A stretch of DNA of 40,418 nt from positions 1-40,418 of IMG/VR virus record IMGVR_UViG_3300009285_000028. One strand, given 5' to 3'. The notes beneath the pieces were generated by a model. That model was not told where the DNA came from. It was given only the letters and a program-made list of their open reading frames with translations, and did not search any database. Below are positions 32,192 through 39,676 of the stretch, piece after piece; the first letter of the stretch is position 1; every line of letters starts with the position of its first letter. The stretch is from a virus. Made by a program: the position numbers and the translations under genes.

Positions 32192-32232
32192 CCCCCGTCA
32201 TCAAGGGGAGGCACGCCCCCGTAATCAAGGGG
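32192..32232 (+). repeat. Two copies of the 17-nt hairpin-forming repeat CCCCCGT(C/A)ATCAAGGGG, 24 nt apart
   Basis: Copies at 32192-32208 and 32216-32232. Each has CCCC/GGGG arms. Located between the HNH gene and the next structural gene. Confidence 0.85.
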
Positions 32233-32254
32233 CCACAAGGAAGGAACGTGCAAC

Positions 32255-33121
32255 ATGGCACTCGTCACCGGAAGCATCAACGACCGGGGCATCAAGGGCA
32301 TCGAATACCAGGACAAGCGCATCAACTTCAAGGGGGCCTCGTGGATTGACCCCACATCCGGCTCCATCGCCCTGATGGAGGACTTCGTGGGGCCGCTTGC
32401 GACCGCAGGGCTTGCGACCATCAATCAGTCCGGTACGCCAACCACGTCCGCAGCCCTCTCCGGGTCCGCTGGTCCGCTGCCGGTCGGTCACGGTGGGTGG
32501 GTGGCCGGTTCCGTGGACAACGTGGACGGCGAAATCGATGAGGTCGCCCTTGGTGGCGTTCTCTGGATGAACCCGAGCCGGGCCGGCAAGGGCATGATGG
32601 TCTCCGAGTTCGGGTTCGTCATCCCGACCGCGCTTACTGCCCGGATGTACTTCGCCGGGTTCGGCACCGCGCTGACCACGGCCACAGCCGACGGCACGCT
32701 GTCCATCGTCACCGGCACCACGCTGGTTGACGGGTCGGGCACCGGGGACGGTGCGGGGTTCGTCTTCTCCTCGCTGGCTACCGATGCCGACGGCTTCTAC
32801 ATGGGCGCCGTCAAGGCAACGGTGGTTGGCACCGCCGTCCTGTGTGTGGCCGCCGACGGGAGTTCCTTGGAGACGGTTGCGGTGGACAACTACATCAAGC
32901 TCCGGGTCGAGGTGGACTCCGCCGGGAACGTCTACTACTACGGAATCGAGGACACGGCTACCACCGCCATCAACCGCAGCGCCATCCTGAAGCGGACGGG
33001 CACCCAGGCCACGGCCATCACGGCCAACGAGCTGTACTGCCCCATCTTCTCCGCTGCGTCCACCACGACCACGGCCGTGGAGTGGGAAGTGGACTACGTC
33101 TTCGGAGCGGTGGCTGCGTGA
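32255..33121 (+). CDS. Abundant-type structural protein, 288 aa (beta-rich; decoration or tail protein candidate)
   Basis: SD AAGGAAGG; Gly/Thr/Ala/Val-rich. Confidence 0.65.
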   Translation: MALVTGSINDRGIKGIEYQDKRINFKGASWIDPTSGSIALMEDFVGPLATAGLATINQSGTPTTSAALSGSAGPLPVGHGGWVAGSVDNVDGEIDEVALGGVLWMNPSRAGKGMMVSEFGFVIPTALTARMYFAGFGTALTTATADGTLSIVTGTTLVDGSGTGDGAGFVFSSLATDADGFYMGAVKATVVGTAVLCVAADGSSLETVAVDNYIKLRVEVDSAGNVYYYGIEDTATTAINRSAILKRTGTQATAITANELYCPIFSAASTTTTAVEWEVDYVFGAVAA

Positions 33122-33318
33122 ACTACCTGAAGCAAGGACGGCTCGACAGCGGGACGGATGAGGTCCGGGAGATGGCCCGGCCTCTGACGCCGCGCTCCGA
33201 GCGGCCCAGGTCTACGTGGGGCTCCCTGGCCGTGTCGTTGCAGACGGTCAGGGGGCTCTGCCCAAACGGAAGGTGCCTGAAGAAGGAAGGTCACGCCAGC
33301 GGTTGCTGGCCCACGTAA
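33118..33318 (+). CDS. Small basic protein, 66 aa (doubtful)
   Basis: GTGA overlap; in frame with track ORF 32842..33318. Confidence 0.35.
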   Translation: MNYLKQGRLDSGTDEVREMARPLTPRSERPRSTWGSLAVSLQTVRGLCPNGRCLKKEGHASGCWPT

Positions 33319-33350
33319 GGACCGCCTCCGGTCAAGAGTAGGAGAGGAAG

Positions 33351-34037
33351 ATGACCGACAAGAAGAACCTCAAGGCCATCCCCGGCTTCAGCCAGGGTGT
33401 ACGGCCGAACGCCGCGATTCGGATGGTGAAGCTCGCAAGGCCCATCTGCCCGAACTCGAAGATAGAGATGGAGGTCACACCCGAGGGGCGCATCGTCCCC
33501 AAGCGCGAGGTGGACCCGAACCGGCAGAACTGCCAGAAGCTCGGCGTCGGCTGGTGGGAACACTGTGAGGAGCAAGGTCACGACCCGTACTTCACCACGC
33601 GGGTCTGGTACTCCAGGTCCGACAAGTTCGAACTCGACGAGGCCACCGGGGAGCAGGTCAAGGTCGGCGAGCGCACCGTGCGCCACGAGACCAAGTACCC
33701 GAACGTCGCCCAGGTGGCTGCACACATCCGCGTGAACAGCGGGCGTGGGGCTCGCCACGCCATGGAGCGCAAGGGCTTCAAGCGCCTGACGGACATCGGG
33801 TACGCGGAGGTCTGTCAGTTCCGCAACTGCCAGAAGCCGGTCACGGTCACGTCCAACATCGGCTTCTACTGCGGGCAGGAGCACGCCACGCTCTGCGCGG
33901 CTGACGCCCAGTCGATGCTGATTACGCAGATACCGGGGAAGGACCTCGACCTGGGACACGAGCAGGAGATTCGGCAGAAGCGCGCGAAGCAGTTGCTCGA
34001 GGCCGCGATGTTCGCCAACATCCAGTCGAGCAAGTGA
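33351..34037 (+). CDS. Cys- and Lys-rich protein, 228 aa
   Basis: SD GGAGAGGAAG upstream of the ATG; 8+ Cys. Confidence 0.65.
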   Translation: MTDKKNLKAIPGFSQGVRPNAAIRMVKLARPICPNSKIEMEVTPEGRIVPKREVDPNRQNCQKLGVGWWEHCEEQGHDPYFTTRVWYSRSDKFELDEATGEQVKVGERTVRHETKYPNVAQVAAHIRVNSGRGARHAMERKGFKRLTDIGYAEVCQFRNCQKPVTVTSNIGFYCGQEHATLCAADAQSMLITQIPGKDLDLGHEQEIRQKRAKQLLEAAMFANIQSSK

Positions 34038-34528
34038 TTGCCCCGGTCGCCAACCGCCGCTACACCAAAGCCGAGATAGCGCGTCTGCGTGAGTTGAACC
34101 CCGGCTTCACGATGCCGGGGCACGTCATGCGCTATGACGCCGACGGCGGGGTGTCGTTCGTACCCTGGCGGCAGGCTGGTGGAGGCCACGGATGGGCGGG
34201 GGACCCCGGAGCCCCCGCCCGTGGCTTCGTGGCGACATGGGACGAGGACCCGTGGCCGAAGGACCCCATCCGCCGACGCACGCCCCAGCAGAGGGTTGAC
34301 AGTCTCATGCTCAAGTTCATCGACGACTGCAAGCGCACGGGGACGGTCCCCGGCCTCTCGGACGAGCGCATCCGCGCCATCGTGGGGGAGGACTGGAAGG
34401 ACGGGCAGGCTCGGGGTATCACGGCCGAGGACGTGCGAGCGGTGGCCCAGCACTTCCTCGCCGATGCCGGGGCGAAATACGAAGCGTCCGAGTACAAGAA
34501 GGTTACCCGAACCGCGCCGAGTGACTGA
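34034..34528 (+). CDS. Hypothetical protein, 164 aa
   Basis: GTGA overlap. Confidence 0.6.
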   Translation: MIAPVANRRYTKAEIARLRELNPGFTMPGHVMRYDADGGVSFVPWRQAGGGHGWAGDPGAPARGFVATWDEDPWPKDPIRRRTPQQRVDSLMLKFIDDCKRTGTVPGLSDERIRAIVGEDWKDGQARGITAEDVRAVAQHFLADAGAKYEASEYKKVTRTAPSD

Positions 34529-34529
34529 G

Positions 34530-34676
34530 ATGAAGAGGCAACGGCGATACAAACTCAGAAGGCATGAGTATGAGAAGGACCGGGTTGCTCGGTATTGGGA
34601 TATCCGTCTCATCCAGGGTCGGCGCTGGAACGTCCAAGTTCAGGTCCATCGGATTCACGACCGGACACTCCCATGA
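34530..34676 (+). CDS. Very basic micro-protein, 48 aa
   Basis: ATG 2 nt after the upstream stop; ATGA overlap with the next gene. About 54% G+C by hand count. Confidence 0.4.
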   Translation: MKRQRRYKLRRHEYEKDRVARYWDIRLIQGRRWNVQVQVHRIHDRTLP

Positions 34677-35308
34677 GCAAGGTCGCCATCGGCATGATTC
34701 ACGACGCAACGATGGATGCCCGGTTCGTGCGTTGCCTGACCGGGGTGAACGCCGCTCGTCGGCCGGGCCTGGAGACGCTGTACGTGGAATCCGGTGGGGG
34801 CTCGCTCGACCGGGGACGGAACCTCCTGGTGCAGAAGTTCCTCCAGAACTCGACCGACGACTGGTTCCTCCAGGTGGACACCGACATGTTCTTCTCCGTC
34901 GAGAACTACGACCGCCTGCTGGAGACCGCCGAGGGGCGGCAGATAGTGAGCGGCGTCTACTTCGCCAACGAGCGCCCGCCCCGCCCCGCCATGCACCGCT
35001 GGGACGAGACCGGCCACGGCGTCGCCGTGACCGAGTGGGAGGAACACGAGGTACTGGACGTGGACGGGTGCGGGGCTGGGTTCCTGCTCGCCCACCGGGA
35101 TGTCTACGAGAAGATGGACCACCCCGAGGACTACCGAGGCCGGGCGGGGTCGTGGTTCACCCAGGACAAGCTCGGCCCGGCCGGTCAGCTCTTGAACGAG
35201 GACTCCGGGTTCTGCCTGCGCGCCCAGGAGCACGGGTTCCGCGTCTACGTGGACACCGATTGCTTCGTGGGCCACATCAAGAATCGCATCCTCGGGGTGG
35301 ACCTGTAA
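34673..35308 (+). CDS. GT-A fold glycosyltransferase (family-2-like), 211 aa
   Basis: DxD-type VDTDM and NEDSGFCLRAQEHG (ED..FC) motifs. Confidence 0.75.
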   Translation: MSKVAIGMIHDATMDARFVRCLTGVNAARRPGLETLYVESGGGSLDRGRNLLVQKFLQNSTDDWFLQVDTDMFFSVENYDRLLETAEGRQIVSGVYFANERPPRPAMHRWDETGHGVAVTEWEEHEVLDVDGCGAGFLLAHRDVYEKMDHPEDYRGRAGSWFTQDKLGPAGQLLNEDSGFCLRAQEHGFRVYVDTDCFVGHIKNRILGVDL

Positions 35309-35310
35309 GA

Positions 35311-35325
35311 GCGCCCTAGACACGG
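35311..35325 (+). promoter_or_regulatory. Recurrent motif copy D: GCGCCCTAGACACGG
   Basis: Identical 15-mer to copy A. Starts 3 nt after the glycosyltransferase stop, upstream of the tail block. Confidence 0.5.
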
Positions 35326-35385
35326 ACGAAACACTTGGTGCGCCAGTAGATCGGGCTGGAAGAGGCCCGGGGAAGAGAGAGAGAC

Positions 35386-35865
35386 ATGGCAGCCATCACC
35401 ACCATCAGCATGGGCGGTCAGAGTTACAAGCTCTGCGAGACCATCGCCATCACCAACCAAGTGGCGAACAGCACGGCCGTCACCAAGGCCATCGCAGTCC
35501 CGCCCTGGGCGAAGGACTGCACGCTAGTCATCGGGAACCTGACGATGACCGGGACCTCGCCGCTGCTAGACTTCGCGCTCTACGGGGCTGATGTGGCGGT
35601 CGCTGCGGGCCAGCCGCCGGATGACGGCTACATCTACCTGTTGGCCGGGTGGGCGGGCATCACACAGAAGACCGCTGCCACGGCCACGACCACGACCATC
35701 GATGTTGGCCCGGCCATCGCGTTGGACACAACGGGCTCGGCAACGGCGTCGGACCGCTACGGCATCCAGTCCTTGCTCCCGCCCTGGTTGGTCTACAAGT
35801 ACACGACCGACGGCACCTCGGACGACGAGGACTACGCGGCCACCATCACGGTCTACTTCAAGTAG
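35386..35865 (+). CDS. Structural protein, 159 aa, with Thr-rich stretches
   Basis: SD GGGGAAGAGAGAGAG upstream; beta-rich; first gene after motif D. Confidence 0.65.
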   Translation: MAAITTISMGGQSYKLCETIAITNQVANSTAVTKAIAVPPWAKDCTLVIGNLTMTGTSPLLDFALYGADVAVAAGQPPDDGYIYLLAGWAGITQKTAATATTTTIDVGPAIALDTTGSATASDRYGIQSLLPPWLVYKYTTDGTSDDEDYAATITVYFK

Positions 35866-35872
35866 GTGGCTG

Positions 35873-36619
35873 GTGGGGGCTACGGTCGTTCTGCGCAAGT
35901 GTCCGGAGCATGAGTCCTGCCAGCTCGAGCGGCGGGATGACGGCCCCTGGCGGCACACGCCCGCCTCCCGCCCCCTCGTGGAACGCCTCACCCAACGACC
36001 CGAATCTCAAGAGGCCCTTGAGCACCGCCTGGCCGGTGAGGTAAGCGCGGCGAACAAGCTCCGCACCCGGCTCTCGGAGCAGGCGGAGGGGGTCACGCAG
36101 CGCCTCGGCCGGCTGGACGACGTGGTGGCCCTGCTCCCCAAGGTGGAGGCCCGCCATCGGGAGGCCGGGGCCGTGGGGGACCGCCTGGCCGACCTTCAGG
36201 ACGAGACCGAGCTGCTTGCCCTGCGCTTGCGTCATGCGCTCGACCGTGTAGATGCGGTCGAAACGGAACTCAAGCACCGTGTCTCACAGGTCGAACGGGC
36301 GCAGGACCGCAACGTGGAGGTCATCGCCGGGGCCGAGCAGCGAGCCGTCGGTCTCGAGGAGCGCCTGCTGCGGGCAGACGGGTTCCTGCTCCGCGCGGAT
36401 GACCTCGTGGGCAAGCTCAGCCGCCTCGACGACGTGCTCGCGGCCGTGGGGACCAGCGAGAGCCTGCTCCTCGATGAACTAGCTGCGCTTCGCCGTCGTG
36501 TCGATGAGGTCGCGCACGATACCGCGCACGAACGCGCCGAACGCCTACAGGCCACGGCCAAGAGCGTCCGCACGGACCAGATGCTTGCCAAGCGCATCGA
36601 GGAGGTGGGCCGTGGCTGA
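35873..36619 (+). CDS. Long coiled-coil protein, 248 aa (tail/fibre-associated)
   Basis: GTG 35873. Leu/Arg/Glu/Ala heptad-rich throughout. Confidence 0.55.
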   Translation: MGATVVLRKCPEHESCQLERRDDGPWRHTPASRPLVERLTQRPESQEALEHRLAGEVSAANKLRTRLSEQAEGVTQRLGRLDDVVALLPKVEARHREAGAVGDRLADLQDETELLALRLRHALDRVDAVETELKHRVSQVERAQDRNVEVIAGAEQRAVGLEERLLRADGFLLRADDLVGKLSRLDDVLAAVGTSESLLLDELAALRRRVDEVAHDTAHERAERLQATAKSVRTDQMLAKRIEEVGRG

Positions 36620-38357
36620 CCTGCCCTCCAATCAGAGCACGACCTTCACGGCCGGCACGGGCATCCAACTCACCTTCACCGAGACCGAGGGGGCCTACTG
36701 GGACATCGCCGTAGAGTCCACGGCTGGGGGTGCCCCCTCGAACGCCGACTATCTCGTGGGCACGGCCAACGGGTCGCTGTCTGCGGAGATAGTCGTCGGC
36801 TCCACACCCGGCGGCGAACTTGGGGGAACCTGGGCCTCGCCGACAGTGGACACAACCCACGCAGGCGGCACCCACGCAGCGGCGGGCAGCGACCATATCG
36901 CCGATGCCTCTGCTGCCCACGCAGCCTCGGCTGTCTCCGTCGATTCGACGACGCTCGTTGGAACCGGGACGGACCAGCAGGCGGTGGACGAGGAGTTCGA
37001 CAACGCCATCGTCACCGCCCAGGCTGCGGCCGACAACCACATCGCGGACGCAAGTGCCGCCCATGCCGCCTCGGCAGTCTCGGCGGACTCGACCACGTTG
37101 GTCGGTGTCGGCACGGACGTTCAAGCGGTGCTCGAAGAACTCGACAACGGCATCGCCGACCATCTCGCGGACGCTACCGACGCCCACGATGCCTCTGCCA
37201 TCTCCATCCTCGACGCCGCCACCCAGTACACCGCGACTGACGTAGAGGCTGCGTTGGCCGAGGTCCTGGACGCCGAGCAGGCGCACGAAGCCGATGCGGT
37301 CGGTGCCCACGCAGCGACCGCTATCGCCAACACTCCGGCCGGTTCGGTTGCCGCTACGACAGTTCAGGCCGCCATCGACGAACTCGCTACCGACTACGCC
37401 TCCGCCGACTCGACGCACGCGGGCGCAGCGGACCCGCACGCCGACTACCTCAAGGAGTCGGTCTTCACGACCAAGGGCGACATCGTGGCGGCTACCGCTG
37501 CCTCGACGCCCGCCCGCCTTGGGGTCGGCACGGACGGCCAGGTTCTGACCGCCGATGCTGCATCTGCGGGAGGGGTGAAGTGGGCTGCCGGTGGCGGGGG
37601 TGGGGCGGTTGCCACGGATGTCATCTGGGATGCGAAGGGGGACCTTGCCGCAGGAACCGGGGCCGACACGGCTACCAAGCTCACCGTCGGAGCCGACGAC
37701 ACCATCCTCATGGCCGATGCTGCGGTCGCCAACGGCTTGAAGTGGGTTGCCTCCGCCACGCCCTCCACACAGGCGTTCGGTGATGCTGCTGCCGTCGGGA
37801 CGGGTGACACCTTCACGCGCGGCGACCACAAGCACGCGATGATGGCGGACCCGACAACGGCCCACGTCGCTGCAGGGGACCCGCACACTGGCTACGTCTT
37901 GGAGACATGGGAAATCATGGCTCGCAAGGCGGCCGACCAGACGTGGACCTCCGATGCCATCGTGGATGATGTCACCACACTAGGCTTCGCCATCGGCTCG
38001 AACGATGTCTGGGTGTTCGACCTATTGCTGTGGGTTGCCGGTGCGACGACGGGGGACATCCAGATAGGTTTCACCGGACCCGCTGGTGTCACCATCAAGT
38101 GGGGCGCATCAGTCGGAGCTGCTCTCGCGGCAGCCAACACCACCGCATCGTCCGTCTCCTGGGGACAGGAGACCACGGGCACACGGGGATTCGCTACCGC
38201 TGGGGTCGCTACATTCGGGCTTCTGCGCATCGCGGGCATCGCCCGCAACGGTGCGACGGCGGGGACCATCCAGTTGCAAGCGGCACAGGTGGTCTCGGAC
38301 GCCACCGCGACCACCATCCAGGCCGATAGCGTCATCGTCGCCAAGAGGATTGCCTGA
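36612..38357 (+). CDS. Tail fibre / receptor-binding protein, 581 aa
   Basis: GTG 36612 overlaps the upstream stop. Four tandem ~41-48-aa repeats H(I/L)AD..(A/D)AH(A/D)ASA(V/I)S....(T)(D/T)VQA.L.EL, typical of phage fibre repeats. Confidence 0.8.
   Translation: MADLPSNQSTTFTAGTGIQLTFTETEGAYWDIAVESTAGGAPSNADYLVGTANGSLSAEIVVGSTPGGELGGTWASPTVDTTHAGGTHAAAGSDHIADASAAHAASAVSVDSTTLVGTGTDQQAVDEEFDNAIVTAQAAADNHIADASAAHAASAVSADSTTLVGVGTDVQAVLEELDNGIADHLADATDAHDASAISILDAATQYTATDVEAALAEVLDAEQAHEADAVGAHAATAIANTPAGSVAATTVQAAIDELATDYASADSTHAGAADPHADYLKESVFTTKGDIVAATAASTPARLGVGTDGQVLTADAASAGGVKWAAGGGGGAVATDVIWDAKGDLAAGTGADTATKLTVGADDTILMADAAVANGLKWVASATPSTQAFGDAAAVGTGDTFTRGDHKHAMMADPTTAHVAAGDPHTGYVLETWEIMARKAADQTWTSDAIVDDVTTLGFAIGSNDVWVFDLLLWVAGATTGDIQIGFTGPAGVTIKWGASVGAALAAANTTASSVSWGQETTGTRGFATAGVATFGLLRIAGIARNGATAGTIQLQAAQVVSDATATTIQADSVIVAKRIA
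36891..37410 (+). repeat. Intragenic tandem repeats of the tail fibre gene (units start about 36891, 37035, 37158, 37278)
   Basis: Seen at both nucleotide and protein level. Confidence 0.8.
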
Positions 38358-38758
38358 TGGGTACTTCCGGCTCACCCGACCCCACCGTGTTCATGTTGAA
38401 CGCCGGACCTGCGGCCATCTGGACGAACATGCCCGTAGCCGCTACGGAGTTCTTCGGTAACGCTCAGCGCCGCATCATCGCCGACTGCGCGCTCTCCCGC
38501 GAGGTGCGCCTGCGCTGGCGACAGATAGTGGCGGGGGTTGCAGGCTCCGTCGTGCGCGTGCAGTACGCAACAGACGACTCGAACTTCGTGACCATCGGCG
38601 GCGACGTGTCCCTGGTCGGCACCGGCTGGAAGGACACCGGCTGGATGGCGCTGCCTTCCGGCGCGAAGGTGGACAACTGCACGTTCATGGTCCAGGGACA
38701 GGCCGGCAACGCGGCGATAGACCCGTCGTTCTCATCCGTCGCTTTGTGGCTCAGGTGA
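38357..38758 (+). CDS. Tail-module protein, 133 aa
   Basis: ATG shares its A with the fibre TGA stop. Confidence 0.6.
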   Translation: MGTSGSPDPTVFMLNAGPAAIWTNMPVAATEFFGNAQRRIIADCALSREVRLRWRQIVAGVAGSVVRVQYATDDSNFVTIGGDVSLVGTGWKDTGWMALPSGAKVDNCTFMVQGQAGNAAIDPSFSSVALWLR

Positions 38759-38770
38759 AAGGACAACCAG

Positions 38771-39676
38771 GTGACCATCGCCGATGACCTCCGAACCCTC
38801 GCGCTGAGCGTGGACGGGCTGCTACAGGAGAACACGCACCTCGCCTCGCAGGTGGCCGACCGGGATGCGGATATCGCCGCGCTCAACACGGAGTTCGACG
38901 CGCTCACTCAGGCGCTGGAGGACTGCCGGACCGCACTTGCGTCCCCGGCGGTGTGGTTCGGCCGCAACGAGGGCGGGACGGAACTCGAAGGGGTCGTACC
39001 TACGGCACGCTCGGCCATCCGCGTGTTCAAGACGGACGCGAATGCCCCGTGGACCGACGTGGACGGATACCTCGCCGAAGGACGGCGGGTCTACCTGTCG
39101 GTGCGGACCCCGGCGCAGGCTGAGGCCGTTGCTGACACGTACGGAGGCGCGGACAACCTCGTGCTCATCGTTCACCACGAGCCTGAGAACGACAGCATCA
39201 GCCCGACGCTGTTCCGCGTCGAGCAGGCTGAGGCCGTCGCCCTCGTCGCCGGCCGGCTCCCGATGGCCCCGGTCCTCATGGCGGCAACGTACCGTACGAA
39301 CGCGGACGCCTGGATTGACCCCACCCTGCCCTACGTCGAGATAGGTGTGGACGGCTACTTGCGGGCGTACCCGTGGAACAGCCGTGGCTTTGACCTCATC
39401 TTCGAGAGCCCCGTCGCGTTCGCCCGCAGTCACGGGTTGCCGCTCGCCATCTGCGAGGTAGGCGTGCTCTCGGCCATCAACACGACGGTCGTACCCGAGT
39501 CGGCGCAGGCTGCTGAGTTCGTCCGCCTGCACTCCATCCTTGACGCCGCGCCCGAGGTTCGGGCGCTCATGTACTTCCACGAGGCCGTCACCAAGGATGC
39601 AACCCGCGACTACCGCTTCGCTCACCGCCCCACCGTGCTGGCGGCGTACCGAGACATGGTGAAGGAGACCCCATGA
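38771..39676 (+). CDS. Tail-associated glycoside-hydrolase-like enzyme with an N-terminal coiled coil, 301 aa
   Basis: IVHHEPEND (acid/base NEP-like) and ICEVG (nucleophile-like), spaced as in clan GH-A TIM barrels; tentative. Confidence 0.55.
   Translation: MTIADDLRTLALSVDGLLQENTHLASQVADRDADIAALNTEFDALTQALEDCRTALASPAVWFGRNEGGTELEGVVPTARSAIRVFKTDANAPWTDVDGYLAEGRRVYLSVRTPAQAEAVADTYGGADNLVLIVHHEPENDSISPTLFRVEQAEAVALVAGRLPMAPVLMAATYRTNADAWIDPTLPYVEIGVDGYLRAYPWNSRGFDLIFESPVAFARSHGLPLAICEVGVLSAINTTVVPESAQAAEFVRLHSILDAAPEVRALMYFHEAVTKDATRDYRFAHRPTVLAAYRDMVKETP

Noticed and set aside
2861-35325. Reading the recurrent motif as the -35 element of ordinary sigma-70 promoters
   Set aside because: The sequences 16-19 nt downstream of the five copies share no TANNNT-like hexamer. 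In copy A, a -10 at that spacing would overlap the ATG at 2895.
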